This document shows, one piece after another, positions 26,445 through 39,270 of a DNA stretch of 64,000 nt (position 1 is the first letter of the stretch; each line of letters begins with the position of its first letter). The DNA is from a bacterium. Lineage in GTDB: Bacteria; Bacteroidota; Bacteroidia; Bacteroidales; FEN-979. Below the pieces are notes generated by a model, which did not search any database, was not told the DNA's origin, and worked only from the letters and a program-made list of their open reading frames with translations. The stretch lies in assembly GCA_043806735.1 (NCBI GenBank), contig JAZDGR010000023.1, forward strand, positions 6,977-70,976, in the 5' to 3' direction. Both the position numbers and the translations under genes were made by a program.

Positions 26445-28610
26445 ATGGATGCAATTGTAAAGAAATTTCAACTAAGCGACGGCCGCGAGATCACGATTGA
26501 GACCGGTCGTCTGGCACGTCAGGCTGATGGAGCCGTTGTAGTGAAGATGGGCGGAACTATGTTGTTGGCTACTGTTGTTGCCCGGCCGGAAGCCGGCGAA
26601 GAAGTCGACTTCATGCCCTTAAGTGTGGAGTATCGCGAAAAATACGCTGCTGCAGGAAGGTTTCCGGGCGGATTTTTTAAACGTGAAGCGCGCCCATCCG
26701 ATTACGAAGTGCTGATTGCCCGTCTGGTCGACCGGGCGTTACGTCCCCTTTTCCCCAACGATTACCATGCCGAGGTGCAGGTAATCATCACCCTCATTTC
26801 CGCAGATACAAATGTCCTTCCCGATGCGCTGGCCTGCTTAGCTGCTTCTGCCGCACTCACCATCAGCGATATTCCGTTCCAGGGTCCGATTTCGGAAGTA
26901 AAAGTTGGCCGGATCGGAGGTGAATTCGTGATCAATCCCGGCTATTCTTCTCTTCCCAAGTCGGACATTGACATCATGGTAGGTGCATCGATGGATAACA
27001 TCATGATGGTGGAAGGGGAAATGAAAGAGGTCGGCGAGGCAGATATGATCCACGCCCTGAAATTTGCACATGAGGCCATCAAGCTTCAATGTCAGGCTCA
27101 GCTTGAGCTGGCTCAACTGGTCGAAAAATCCAATGCTAAACGGGAATACTGCCACGAAACCAATGATCCTGGGTTCCGAAATGCTCTCCGAAATGCCACT
27201 TATGACAGGATTTATAACATGGCTACCACCGGTATTGCCAACAAGCAGGAGCGAAAGAAAATCCTTGAGTCAATCAAAGAAGAGTTTACCAATACATTGA
27301 GCGAAGGGGAAAAGGAAGAAAAAAAGATGATGATCTCCCGGTATTATCACGAAGTTGAGCGCGATGCGATCCGGAATGCCACCCTGGATACCAAAGTCCG
27401 GCTCGACGGAAGGAAACTGGATGAGATCCGCCCGATCTGGTCGGAAGTTGATTATCTCCCGGCTGCGCATGGCTCCGCTATATTCACCCGGGGAGAGACC
27501 CAATCGCTTACAACGGTAACCTTGGGAACGAAACTGGACCAGCAGATCATTGACGGAGTGGTAATTGAAGAGAAGTCGAACTTTATGCTGCACTATAATT
27601 TCCCTCCTTTCTCAACCGGGGAAGTCAAACCCATTAGAAGTACCAGCCGGCGCGAAATCGGCCACGGGAATCTGGCTTTGCGTGCCTTGAAGTTCGTCTT
27701 GCCAAAAGCTGAAGAAAATCTTTACACTATCCGGGTGGTTTCTGACATCCTTGAATCCAATGGATCCTCTTCGATGGCAACCGTGTGCGCAGGAACGATG
27801 GCGTTAATGGATGCCGGGGTCAAGATCCGGAAACCTGTATCAGGAATTGCGATGGGATTGATCTCCGATAACGAAACAAAGCGGTATGCAGTTCTATCTG
27901 ACATCCTTGGGGATGAAGATCATCTGGGGGACATGGATTTCAAGGTGTGCGGCACCCGTGACGGGATCACCGCCTGCCAGATGGATATCAAAGTAGATGG
28001 GTTACCTTACGAAATCCTGGCCCAGGCTCTTGATCAGGCAAAAGCGGGTCGGTTGTTCATTCTGGAAGTGATGATGAAGACCATCTCCACCCCGAGACCT
28101 GACTACAAACCTTTTGTTCCCCGGATCTTCCAGATGAAAGTGCCGAAAGAATTCATCGGCGCTATCATCGGGCCGGGAGGTAAAGTCATTCAGGAGATGC
28201 AACGGGAAACCGACACCACCATTGTCATTGAAGAGGTCGGCGAATTTGGCGTCATCGATATTGTGGCAAATAATGTGGCTTCCAAGGATGCCGTGGTGGA
28301 GAAGATCAAACGGATCTGTGCAGTTCCCGAAGTTGGCGAAATTTACAAAGGAAAGGTCAAGAACATCACCTCATTCGGCGCTTTTATCGAGATCCTGCCC
28401 GGGCTGGACGGATTGCTTCACATTTCGGAGATTGACTGGAAGCGCCTGAACAAAGTGGAAGATGCACTAAATGTAGGTGATGAAGTGGAGGTCAAACTGA
28501 TCGATGTCGATCCCAAGACTGGGAAGCTGAAACTATCTCGGAAAATATTGCTGGAAAAACCACCGCAGCATCAGGATTCGAAACCGAAAAATTTCCAGGG
28601 AGGTTCATGA
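26445..28610 (+). CDS. pnp: Polyribonucleotide nucleotidyltransferase (PNPase)
   Basis: Two RNase PH domains, [15 protein letters not shown] ([13 protein letters not shown]) and S1 ([20 protein letters not shown]) domains, 721 aa. Confidence 0.95.
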   Translation: MDAIVKKFQLSDGREITIETGRLARQADGAVVVKMGGTMLLATVVARPEAGEEVDFMPLSVEYREKYAAAGRFPGGFFKREARPSDYEVLIARLVDRALRPLFPNDYHAEVQVIITLISADTNVLPDALACLAASAALTISDIPFQGPISEVKVGRIGGEFVINPGYSSLPKSDIDIMVGASMDNIMMVEGEMKEVGEADMIHALKFAHEAIKLQCQAQLELAQLVEKSNAKREYCHETNDPGFRNALRNATYDRIYNMATTGIANKQERKKILESIKEEFTNTLSEGEKEEKKMMISRYYHEVERDAIRNATLDTKVRLDGRKLDEIRPIWSEVDYLPAAHGSAIFTRGETQSLTTVTLGTKLDQQIIDGVVIEEKSNFMLHYNFPPFSTGEVKPIRSTSRREIGHGNLALRALKFVLPKAEENLYTIRVVSDILESNGSSSMATVCAGTMALMDAGVKIRKPVSGIAMGLISDNETKRYAVLSDILGDEDHLGDMDFKVCGTRDGITACQMDIKVDGLPYEILAQALDQAKAGRLFILEVMMKTISTPRPDYKPFVPRIFQMKVPKEFIGAIIGPGGKVIQEMQRETDTTIVIEEVGEFGVIDIVANNVASKDAVVEKIKRICAVPEVGEIYKGKVKNITSFGAFIEILPGLDGLLHISEIDWKRLNKVEDALNVGDEVEVKLIDVDPKTGKLKLSRKILLEKPPQHQDSKPKNFQGGS

Positions 28611-28683
28611 AACCCGAACAGGGTTAATGACGTAAAAAAGGAGACTTCGATTATCTGCAGGGTATTTTCTAAAAATAATCCGG

Positions 28684-29547
28684 ATGAGACAGCTTAAGAT
28701 CATAAAACAGGTTACCAATCGGGAGACCGCATCGCTCGACAAGTATCTTCAGGAGATCGGCAAAGTTGAACTGATTACGGCGGACGAAGAGGTGGCATTG
28801 GCGCAGCGGATCAAGCAAGGCGACCATGCTGCTCTCGAAAAACTCACCAAGGCCAACCTCCGTTTTGTGGTTTCCGTTTCCAAGCAATACCAGAACCAGG
28901 GATTGAGCCTTCCCGACCTGATCAACGAAGGGAACCTCGGATTGATCAAAGCTGCACAACGGTTTGACGAAACCCGCGGATTTAAATTTATCTCGTATGC
29001 GGTATGGTGGATCCGCCAGTCGATCCTCCAGGCGCTTGCCGAACAATCGCGGATCGTTAGGCTTCCGTTGAATAAAATCGGTTCGATCAATAAAATCAAC
29101 AAAGCTTATGCGAAACTCGAACAACAGTTCGAGCGTGAACCCAACATCGAAGAGATCGCCAAATTGCTTGAAATTTCGGAAAATGAGGTGAGGGAATCCA
29201 TGAAGAATGCCGGCCGGCATGTTTCCATGGATGCTCCATTGGTGCAGGATGAAGACAACACCATGTACGATGTGCTCAAAGGGGAAGAAAATACAACACC
29301 GGAGAATGGGTTGCTATACGAATCCCTGAAGCGGGAAATCGAACGGGCAGTCTCCACGCTAACCCAGCGGGAAGCCGACGTCATCCGCCTTTATTTCGGA
29401 CTCAACGGAAGCCACCCGATGACCCTGGAAGAGATCGGGGAGAAATTTGACCTCACCCGCGAGCGCGTCCGGCAGATTAAAGAAAAAGCCATCCGAAGAC
29501 TCAAGCATACCTCGAGAAGCAAGATATTAAAGACGTATCTAGGATAG
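28684..29547 (+). CDS. rpoD: Primary RNA polymerase sigma factor (sigma-70 family, short Bacteroidota form)
   Basis: Region 2 [47 protein letters not shown]. Region 4 [27 protein letters not shown]. 287 aa. Confidence 0.9.
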   Translation: MRQLKIIKQVTNRETASLDKYLQEIGKVELITADEEVALAQRIKQGDHAALEKLTKANLRFVVSVSKQYQNQGLSLPDLINEGNLGLIKAAQRFDETRGFKFISYAVWWIRQSILQALAEQSRIVRLPLNKIGSINKINKAYAKLEQQFEREPNIEEIAKLLEISENEVRESMKNAGRHVSMDAPLVQDEDNTMYDVLKGEENTTPENGLLYESLKREIERAVSTLTQREADVIRLYFGLNGSHPMTLEEIGEKFDLTRERVRQIKEKAIRRLKHTSRSKILKTYLG

Positions 29548-29563
29548 AAATTCGTAATTTGAA

Positions 29564-30214
29564 GTGTCTCACCTGGTAGCTCCCTCCCTCCTTTCTGCAA
29601 ACTTCCTCAAACTGGAAGCAGCGGTTACACTGGTGAACCAGAGTGAGGCCGACTGGCTGCATCTTGACATCATGGACGGAGTGTTTGTTCCCAACATCTC
29701 GTTTGGCTTCACGGTTCTGAATCTCGTGAAAGGCATCTCGGAAAAACCGATGGATGTCCACCTCATGATTGTCGATCCTGACAGGTATATTGACCGTTTC
29801 CGCGACGCCGGCGCCGATATTATCACGGTTCATTACGAAGCATGTCCCCATCTTCACCGGACCCTCCAGGCAATCAGGCAGACCGGCGCTAAAGCCGGTG
29901 TTTCCCTGAATCCTCACACACCTGTAAATCACCTGAAAGAGATCATCTGCGATCTTGACCTGGTTCTATTGATGTCGGTGAATCCAGGGTTTGGCGGGCA
30001 GCAGTTCATTGAACAGACCTACCGGAAAACCAGTGAACTGAGAGCACTGATCCATGCGTATGGCTCACCTGCACAGATAGAGGTAGACGGAGGCGTCACA
30101 CTATACAATGCCCGGACACTGGTGGATGCAGGGGTGGATATCCTGGTTGCGGGGAACACGGTTTTTGCTTCGGAAGATCCGCTCCGCACAATTCATCTTT
30201 TGAAACACTGCTGA
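29564..30214 (+). CDS. rpe: Ribulose-phosphate 3-epimerase (GTG start)
   Basis: APSLLSANF, HLDIMDGVFVPN, DVHLMI, MSVNPGFGGQQF, VDGGV. Confidence 0.9.
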   Translation: MSHLVAPSLLSANFLKLEAAVTLVNQSEADWLHLDIMDGVFVPNISFGFTVLNLVKGISEKPMDVHLMIVDPDRYIDRFRDAGADIITVHYEACPHLHRTLQAIRQTGAKAGVSLNPHTPVNHLKEIICDLDLVLLMSVNPGFGGQQFIEQTYRKTSELRALIHAYGSPAQIEVDGGVTLYNARTLVDAGVDILVAGNTVFASEDPLRTIHLLKHC

Positions 30215-30247
30215 TCGCATTTCGCATTTCGCTTTTCGCTATTCGCC
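30213..30247. repeat. Heptamer array TTTCGCN (5 units) beginning in the rpe stop codon
   Basis: gatcgca tttcgca tttcgct tttcgct attcgcc. Confidence 0.9.
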
Positions 30248-30284
30248 AATCCTTTTTTTAGTATTTTTACTAAAATTTCCCGGG

Positions 30285-30875
30285 ATGAATCTCCCCTCTG
30301 CCAAAGAGTATATCCTGCAACGACTGCGCTTTGACCTGGATTCCAGACTGGTCTACCATAGTTACGAGCATACGGTAGATGTTTATGAAGCGGCAAGGGA
30401 ACTTGGAAACCGTGAAGCCGTCCCGGAGGAGGATCAGATCCTGCTGGAAACTGCCGCTCTATTCCATGACTCGGGAATGCTGACAGGCTATCTGGATCAT
30501 GAAGAAAAATCCGCTTCCTTTGCTTCAGAAAAATTACCTGAATTCGGATATACGAACGATCAGATCAGCAGGATCCGACAGCTGATCCTCTGCACCAGGT
30601 TGCCCCAAAAGGCAGAAACCAGGCTGGAACAGATACTCTGCGATGCAGACCTTTATTACCTTGGGCTGGATGTTTTCTTTATCAACTCTTTCAAACTCAG
30701 ACTGGAATGGAAACTTTTCCAGGTTCATGATTATTCGCTTCTCCAATGGTTTGAACTTCAGCAGAAATTTCTTGCCGCTCACCGGTATTTTACAGACACT
30801 GCAAGAATGGAGCGGGAATCCGGGAAAAAGAAGAATCTGGCCGAAATCGGATCAATTTTACATCATCCACATTAA
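30285..30875 (+). CDS. HD-domain phosphohydrolase
   Basis: YHSYEHTVDVYEAAREL ... LETAALFHDSG (H..HD motif). Confidence 0.7.
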   Translation: MNLPSAKEYILQRLRFDLDSRLVYHSYEHTVDVYEAARELGNREAVPEEDQILLETAALFHDSGMLTGYLDHEEKSASFASEKLPEFGYTNDQISRIRQLILCTRLPQKAETRLEQILCDADLYYLGLDVFFINSFKLRLEWKLFQVHDYSLLQWFELQQKFLAAHRYFTDTARMERESGKKKNLAEIGSILHHPH

Positions 30876-30892
30876 TATCAAATTATCGTACC

Positions 30893-31771
30893 ATGGAAAC
30901 AAAAAACAACAAAAAATTCAACAACATCGTCCTGATCCCAACTGATTTCTCTGAGGTATGCGATAACGCGGTGCATCACGGGATCGAGCTTGCTAAGTCC
31001 CTGAAATATAAGGTTTGTGTGCTGCATGTAATCAACCGTGAAACCAAATCGAAGCTTACGAAAGAGGATTATGACATCTCTTATATTGAAAAGAAACTTC
31101 AGGCTTACAAGGAAAAGTACGAGAAAAACTTCCAGGTTGACATTGAGACAAAATGGGTTAAAGGGAGTATTTTCTCGAAGATCAGAGAGGTTGCTACCGA
31201 TCTGAGGGTAAACCTGATGATACTGGGAACGCACGGGAAGAAAGGATTGCAGCATCTGTTCGGCAGCTATGCACTGAAAGTCGTTCTGGAGTCTCCGGTA
31301 CCGGTGGTCGTGGTCCAAAAGAAGTCATTCGGAAAGGGTTACAAGAATATCATATTCCCGGTGAACAATGATGTGGAATCTCGTCAGGAAGTGCAGTGGG
31401 CCAAGTTAATCGTTAACCTGTTTAATGCGAAGGTGCATATTTTCAGAAGCCTGGAGAAAGACCAGGTCATGAACGAACGGCTGGAGATCATTACCCGTCA
31501 GATCACCGATGTGTTTAACAAGGAAAAGTTACAGTACTCGGTAAAAGTAGCTGATAAAGCAGGTGATTTTGCTGACCAGGTACTCTCCTATGCTGTTCTC
31601 AATAATGCCGATATGATCATGATCATGACCCGTCCCAATATTGATCTTCCCGGTTTCAGCCTTTCCGGCTGGGATGAGCGGTTGATGTTCAATGATGCCC
31701 AGATTCCGGTAATGTGTATCAACCCGGTGGAGATTGGCACATATTACTGGGATTGGGTGGTTCAGTTTTAA
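30893..31771 (+). CDS. Tandem universal stress protein (UspA family)
   Basis: Two Usp-like halves; MILGTHGKKGLQHLFGSYALKVVLESPVPVVVV. Confidence 0.75.
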   Translation: METKNNKKFNNIVLIPTDFSEVCDNAVHHGIELAKSLKYKVCVLHVINRETKSKLTKEDYDISYIEKKLQAYKEKYEKNFQVDIETKWVKGSIFSKIREVATDLRVNLMILGTHGKKGLQHLFGSYALKVVLESPVPVVVVQKKSFGKGYKNIIFPVNNDVESRQEVQWAKLIVNLFNAKVHIFRSLEKDQVMNERLEIITRQITDVFNKEKLQYSVKVADKAGDFADQVLSYAVLNNADMIMIMTRPNIDLPGFSLSGWDERLMFNDAQIPVMCINPVEIGTYYWDWVVQF

Positions 31772-33844
<2,073 letters not shown>

Positions 33845-33847
33845 GGT

Positions 33848-34588
33848 TCAATCTTCTTTTCTGACACTGCTGGCGCCGGAGGTATAAACATCCACGTTGG
33901 CGCTTCCTTTATACCGCACATCGCATGCACCGCTTGCCTTGACTTTTAAGGTTCCCGTGACGTTCACGTTCGCCTCATTGGCACCGCTGGCGTACAGGTT
34001 GAGGTTTTGAACGACAAAGTCAAACGCGTTCAATTCCGATGCACCCGAGGCCTGAATGCTCAGGTCTTGGCCTGTGCCCTGGAGACTGAGTTCACAAGCT
34101 CCACTCATCTCCATTTCCATTTTTACGACGGAAAGGTTGAGGTCAGCTTCCACGGCTCCACTAATTTCGACATCCAGGTCGTTGGCTTTCACCTGGTTTT
34201 CAAATTTCACCTCCACGGCGCCGCTCAGATCCAGGGATGTCAGGTCGGCTACGGTGATGTAAACGTTCATGGTTTTGACATGATTCAAGCAAGCCCCGGG
34301 GGCTTTTTTCATTCCGATCTTCAGAATTCCGCCTTCCACTTCGGTCTCAATATATCCAATGATATCCTCATCGGCTTCAACGACTACAGACGGGGTTCCT
34401 GTCTGCGTGATATAGATCTCAAAAGCGCCGCCTACCTGGATCCCTGTAAAAGATCCTACCTGGCGGGTCTCTTTTTTCACAGCTACGTCTCCTCCTTTAT
34501 AAAAGGAATGGCACCCGGCAAAAAGCGATGTGAGTCCGGAAAGAATAAAGATGAAGAGAAATGTCGTGATTTTTTTTGTTGTTTTCAT
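33848..34588 (-). CDS. DUF2807 / head-GIN-domain lipoprotein (putative beta-helical envelope protein)
   Basis: Start set to the ATG at 34588: MKTTKKITTFLFIFILSGLTSLFAGC lipobox. FTGIQVGGAFEIYITQTG, then repeated SGA.E.. units. Confidence 0.6.
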   Translation of the reverse strand: MKTTKKITTFLFIFILSGLTSLFAGCHSFYKGGDVAVKKETRQVGSFTGIQVGGAFEIYITQTGTPSVVVEADEDIIGYIETEVEGGILKIGMKKAPGACLNHVKTMNVYITVADLTSLDLSGAVEVKFENQVKANDLDVEISGAVEADLNLSVVKMEMEMSGACELSLQGTGQDLSIQASGASELNAFDFVVQNLNLYASGANEANVNVTGTLKVKASGACDVRYKGSANVDVYTSGASSVRKED

Positions 34589-34611
34589 AGTATTGGGTTT
34601 TAGGGTTATTT

Positions 34612-35652
34612 TCAAAGGGTGATATTGCCAAATTCAGTACGAATTGTCACGGTTGCTGCAGGGTTGTTTCCGACGGTTCCCCTGAAAACCTGTTTCTGAT
34701 CAGAAATCTCCCGGTAAGTAAACTTCGCATTGCTTTCGGGAAATTTAATCCCTCCGAACTTAGATTCTGCATCCAGGTTATAAGCAGCATCTGGAGGCAG
34801 ATCCAGTTCCACGCTGCCGAACTTGTTGCCGACAGTTATTGATTTAAAGCCGGCAGAGACATGATCCACTTCAATATTCCCATACTGGCAATCAAGGTTC
34901 AATTTTTCTTCCAGCACCTCTACGTTGAAATTGGAGAATTTGGTTTTCACCGTCATGACAGATACCTGTCCCAGGTATATATGACCTCCTTCAAAAGCGC
35001 CGTCCAGCACAACGACCTTCCCGGCCTGCATATCGGAGAACTTGGAATCGATCTTCAAGCTGCCCGCATAATCAAGGGTCAACCTGGAATACTGGATCGT
35101 TATAACAGCTCCTTTAGCGGTGCCGATGGTTGCTGAGCCGAATTTAACATCCACCAGATTATCCCCGTGATTCAAGTTCTCCAGGTTCGCGTTTCCATAG
35201 GCTACACGAAAAGTTCCTTTTCCATTGAGGTCTTCGATAAAGACATCGCCGAAATTATTGGTCAGGTCGATGGAGACCCATGCCGGCATCCACACCTTGT
35301 AATCGACGTTAAACGGGCCCTTTGAATTGAACTCCTTGGTAAACTCCGTCCGGGCTTCTACCCTGTTCGGATCTCCCTGAAAACGGATCTCAATGTTGTT
35401 GAAGACTTTCTGGGCCTTTTCTTCCGATTTTGTTTCGACGGTGATGGTCACTTCAATTAATACCTCGTTTTTATCCCAGTTTATGCAGGTGATATCACCG
35501 AACTTGTTGTTCAGAAGAAGGGTTGCATCCCGTTGAATCGCAAACTGCTTTTTCATGGTCTTGGAGATGCCATCCCTGGTTTTCGCTCCGGCGACAAGCG
35601 GAATGATCAGAAGCAGCAGGGCAAAAAATCGGGTAGATACATGTGGTTTCAT
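34612..35652 (-). CDS. DUF4097-like beta-strand-repeat protein (LiaG/YvlB-type)
   Basis: Start set to the ATG at 35652 (signal peptide MKPHVSTRFFALLLLIIPLVAGA). Repeated NFGDV.I / FGS..L / YGNIEV units. Confidence 0.55.
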   Translation of the reverse strand: MKPHVSTRFFALLLLIIPLVAGAKTRDGISKTMKKQFAIQRDATLLLNNKFGDITCINWDKNEVLIEVTITVETKSEEKAQKVFNNIEIRFQGDPNRVEARTEFTKEFNSKGPFNVDYKVWMPAWVSIDLTNNFGDVFIEDLNGKGTFRVAYGNANLENLNHGDNLVDVKFGSATIGTAKGAVITIQYSRLTLDYAGSLKIDSKFSDMQAGKVVVLDGAFEGGHIYLGQVSVMTVKTKFSNFNVEVLEEKLNLDCQYGNIEVDHVSAGFKSITVGNKFGSVELDLPPDAAYNLDAESKFGGIKFPESNAKFTYREISDQKQVFRGTVGNNPAATVTIRTEFGNITL

Positions 35653-35653
35653 A

Positions 35654-36205
35654 CTATTTTTTTGTTTTACAATTTTCCATATTTGCCTGAAGCAGGTAAC
35701 TGTCGAGCAGAGATTCACGGGCCTGGTAATTTTGAACCAGGGCAGCTTGCACGCGGCTGTCAGAAGGATTCTCCTTCAACGAAACGACGAGGTCATTCAG
35801 GTTTTTATCAAGTTGGGCCAGATCACGGTTAGTAGTGTTTCTAGATCCGGTCGGTTCCGGACAGTTTTGTGCCAGGTTTTCGATCTCCAGAAGCCGCTGA
35901 TCCGATCTTTGCTGATAATAGCTGATCACTTCGCGGATATCGTCGGGAAGACCGAGCGCTGCTGCCTCAAAACCTGTTCGTTTCGTGAAGTCGTTGGTCG
36001 CCAATTCAAAGACCGCCAATCCGGCTGTGACCAGGACCAGGAGGCCGGCTGCAATCTTCATCCATAGCTGAACCGGTCGAAGTCGCACTCTTTGATCCTG
36101 CAATTGTGCTAACCGGGTTTCAAACCGTTCAAAGTGACCGTCAAGCGGTTCTTCACTGTCAAACAGTTCCTGGTTATCCCTGATAAAATGTTCCAGCTTT
36201 TTCAT
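35654..36205 (-). CDS. Probable anti-sigma factor, single TM
   Basis: Lies immediately downstream of the ECF sigma gene. One TM (IAAGLLVLVTAGLAVF) sits between a short N-terminal cytoplasmic part and a periplasmic helical part. Confidence 0.5.
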   Translation of the reverse strand: MKKLEHFIRDNQELFDSEEPLDGHFERFETRLAQLQDQRVRLRPVQLWMKIAAGLLVLVTAGLAVFELATNDFTKRTGFEAAALGLPDDIREVISYYQQRSDQRLLEIENLAQNCPEPTGSRNTTNRDLAQLDKNLNDLVVSLKENPSDSRVQAALVQNYQARESLLDSYLLQANMENCKTKK

Positions 36206-36209
36206 AGGG

Positions 36210-36782
36210 TCAGTTATATATAATGGTGCGAGTTAGCCTGGATTCCTGTATGATTTCCAGCAATCTTTGACGGGCTCTCGAAAAACGTGTTCTGCTGTTA
36301 TTGTAAGTGATCTTTAATATTTCACAGACCTCCTCATGGTCATATCCTTCAAATAGGATCAGGGAAAGGATGATTCGGTAATCTTCCGGCAGTTTTTCTA
36401 TTGCCAGTTTTATCTCCTGAACCTGTAACTGGATCTCTTCCTCTGATGCCTGATCTTCCTCATCAGCAAAATCGATCCCTGCTTCCTCAATGGAGGTTTG
36501 GTCCCGCCTTTTTCGTAAGGTATCCAGTGCGTTGTTCACCATAATCCGTTTCAGCCATGAGCCAAAAGTTCCTTCCCCCGTGTAATAGTTTATTTTCCGG
36601 AATGCATCAAGAAAAGATTCCTGCATGATATCTTCCGCTTCTGCCGTGTCATTTACGATTCTCAGGCAGGTGTTATACATGGACTTGTAATATAATTTAT
36701 AGAGTTTAAACTGCGCTTCCCGGCTCCCTCTTTTGCAGGCGTCGATCAGATCCTGGTGGATGTTTTTTACTGTACTTTCCAA
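36210..36782 (-). CDS. ECF-type RNA polymerase sigma factor
   Basis: Region 2 AEAEDIMQESFLDAFRKINYY...FGSWLKRIMVNNALDTLRKRR. Region 4 LPEDYRIILSLILFEGYDHEEVCEILKITYNNSRTRFSRARQRL. Confidence 0.85.
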   Translation of the reverse strand: MESTVKNIHQDLIDACKRGSREAQFKLYKLYYKSMYNTCLRIVNDTAEAEDIMQESFLDAFRKINYYTGEGTFGSWLKRIMVNNALDTLRKRRDQTSIEEAGIDFADEEDQASEEEIQLQVQEIKLAIEKLPEDYRIILSLILFEGYDHEEVCEILKITYNNSRTRFSRARQRLLEIIQESRLTRTIIYN

Positions 36783-36869
36783 GAAGCAAGATTTTGGTCG
36801 AATGACTAGATCCCGTTCCGAATGTTACAACATTTTTCTAAAAGTATTTAAAAAAGTAATTTAGCCGCC

Positions 36870-37763
36870 TTGAAAAAGCCAGTTATTCCTGTCCATTTGT
36901 ATGCCCTTGCCGCCATGCTTTTCTGGGGCATGTCGTTTGTATGGTCATCCATTCTGCTCAAGTATTATCAGCCTGTGACGATCATCCTGATCCGGCTGAT
37001 TCTCTCATCCCTATTCCTGTTTTTTATCATGTTGGCCTTCGGGAAATTTCAACGGATCCGGCGATCCGATCTGAAGTGGTTCCTGCTCAGCTCCCTGTTC
37101 AATCCTTTCCTTTATTTTCTAGGCGAAAACTACGGATTGAAATATTCCTCAAGCACCATTACCGCCGTAATCATTGCGACGATTCCGATCTTTTCTCCCC
37201 TGGCCGGGTACCTGGCTTATCGTGAGAAGCTGAGGTGGTTCAATTTTGCAGGCATCATCCTCTCCTTCGGGGGTATCACGGTAATGTTGCTTTCGAAAGG
37301 GTTCCAACTGGAAATTTCCGTATCAGGGCTTCTGTGCCTGGCCGGAGCGGTCTTTTCCGCACTCCTGTATTCGGTCATCCTGAAAAAGCTTTCCGCATCT
37401 TACGCCCCGCTGAATATCATCGCCATCCAGAATAGTATTGGCGTTTTCCTGTTTCTTCCCCTGTTCCTGGTCTTCGAATACAAGGAAACGATTTCCGTCA
37501 TTCCCACCCGCGAAATCATCTCCTCTTTTTTATTTCTGGCCATTCTGGCCTCTTCCCTCTCGTATGTATTTTATGCACATTCGGTCAAAATTCTCGGGAT
37601 CAGCAAAGCCAATATTTTCTCCAACCTGATTCCCGTTTTTACCTCCATCTTTTCTTTCTTCATCCTCCGAGAAGCGTTTACATTGCAGAAAATTGCCGGA
37701 ATGGCTATTGTGATAGCCGGTGTGTACCTTTCGGAGATTACGCGGAAAAAGAGGGGAACCTGA
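36870..37763 (+). CDS. DMT-superfamily (EamA-like) transporter, TTG start
   Basis: About 10 TM segments in two EamA-like halves. Confidence 0.75.
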   Translation: MKKPVIPVHLYALAAMLFWGMSFVWSSILLKYYQPVTIILIRLILSSLFLFFIMLAFGKFQRIRRSDLKWFLLSSLFNPFLYFLGENYGLKYSSSTITAVIIATIPIFSPLAGYLAYREKLRWFNFAGIILSFGGITVMLLSKGFQLEISVSGLLCLAGAVFSALLYSVILKKLSASYAPLNIIAIQNSIGVFLFLPLFLVFEYKETISVIPTREIISSFLFLAILASSLSYVFYAHSVKILGISKANIFSNLIPVFTSIFSFFILREAFTLQKIAGMAIVIAGVYLSEITRKKRGT

Positions 37764-37812
37764 GTTCGGCGGGAAATTTGTAAATTTGTCATCCATCTCC
37801 CATTCCGGCAGA

Positions 37813-39240
37813 ATGATATTCAAACCCGAACAGTTGCGCATAAAAGACCAGCGGATGAAGCCTTTCATTGACCCTGCTGAACTATGGAATCTCATCCATC
37901 CCACGCGAAGTTCGAAACAGCGGATCAGGGAGGTGATCTCAAAAAGTCTTGCCAAGAACCGCCTGACCCTGGAAGAAACGGCAATACTGATTAATGCGAC
38001 CGATCCCGAACTGATCCATGAAATTAAGGAGGGGGCCCGGTCGCTGAAAGAGAAGGTATATGGTCAGCGAATCGTTCTGTTTGCCCCTCTTTACATCGGG
38101 AACCTATGTACGAACAACTGTACCTACTGCGGCTTCAAAGCCGATAATCTAACCGTGAAGCGGGTTACGCTGAGCCGGGATGAGCTTGTTGAACAGGTCA
38201 AAGCCCTGGAAGATGCAGGTCAGAAAAGGCTGATTCTTGTGTATGGAGAACATCCAAAATACGATGCGCGGTTTATCGCAGAGACTGTCGGAATTGTATA
38301 TTCCGTTAAATCAGGTCCCGGGGAGATCCGCAGAGTCAATGTCAACGCGGCCCCTCTTGATGTTGACGGTTTCCGCATCGTCAAGGACGCCCGGATCGGG
38401 AGCTATCAGATCTTCCAGGAAACCTATCATGAAGAAACCTATAGCAAAGTTCACCTGAGTGGAGTCAAGCGGAATTACGAATGGCGGCTGACAGCTCTGG
38501 ACCGCGCCCAGGAGGCCGGGATCGACGACGTAGGGATAGGCGCTCTGTTTGGCCTGTATGACTGGCGTTTCGAGGTACTCGGACTGGCGCGTCACACGAA
38601 CCACCTGGAGGCAGTTTACCATGTTGGGCCCCACACGATCTCTTTTCCCAGGGTCCAGTATGCTTCGCAGCTGAATATGGACAAAAGGCACCTTGTCAGC
38701 GATGCCGATTTTACGCGGCTGGTCGCTATCCTGAGACTGGCCGTGCCCTATACCGGACTGATCCTTACAGCGAGGGAGCCGGCGGAAATCCGGAACGAGA
38801 TCCTTCAATTCGGGGTATCACAGATTGATGGCGGTACCAACATTGAGATGGGCGGGTACGCAAACAAGATGGCACATGAACAGGATCTTGACCTGGAGCA
38901 GTTCCAGATCAACGACAACCGCTCGCTGAATGAGATTATGGATGAACTGATCGAACATCATTATATCCCCTCGTTTTGTACCGCCTGCTACCGGTTGGGC
39001 CGGACAGGCGAGCACTTTATGGAATTCTCCGTACCGGGATTCATCAAGCGGTATTGCCAACCGAATGCGTTGATGACCCTTGCGGAGTACCTGGAGGACT
39101 ATGCACCGGCGGCAACAAAAGAAAAGGGATACCGGTTGATCGAGGAAAAACTACATGCAATGGAGCCGGATAATTTCAAGGAAAAGCTGTTGGGTAAATT
39201 GCAGGAAATCAAAAAAGGTAAACGGGATCTGTATTTATGA
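37813..39240 (+). CDS. hydG: Radical-SAM [FeFe]-hydrogenase maturase HydG (ThiH-like tyrosine lyase)
   Basis: CTNNCTYCGF radical-SAM cluster motif. C-terminal second-cluster motif IPSFCTACYRLGRTGEHFMEF, typical of HydG. Start set to the ATG at 37813; 37855 is also possible. Confidence 0.78.
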   Translation: MIFKPEQLRIKDQRMKPFIDPAELWNLIHPTRSSKQRIREVISKSLAKNRLTLEETAILINATDPELIHEIKEGARSLKEKVYGQRIVLFAPLYIGNLCTNNCTYCGFKADNLTVKRVTLSRDELVEQVKALEDAGQKRLILVYGEHPKYDARFIAETVGIVYSVKSGPGEIRRVNVNAAPLDVDGFRIVKDARIGSYQIFQETYHEETYSKVHLSGVKRNYEWRLTALDRAQEAGIDDVGIGALFGLYDWRFEVLGLARHTNHLEAVYHVGPHTISFPRVQYASQLNMDKRHLVSDADFTRLVAILRLAVPYTGLILTAREPAEIRNEILQFGVSQIDGGTNIEMGGYANKMAHEQDLDLEQFQINDNRSLNEIMDELIEHHYIPSFCTACYRLGRTGEHFMEFSVPGFIKRYCQPNALMTLAEYLEDYAPAATKEKGYRLIEEKLHAMEPDNFKEKLLGKLQEIKKGKRDLYL

Positions 39241-39270
39241 CCACAGAACTTAGAATATGATAGACCTGTC

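Noticed and set aside
28611-28625. AACCC-GAACA-GGGTT hairpin after pnp as a terminator
   Set aside because: The stem is only 5 bp and has no following T-run, which is too weak to report.
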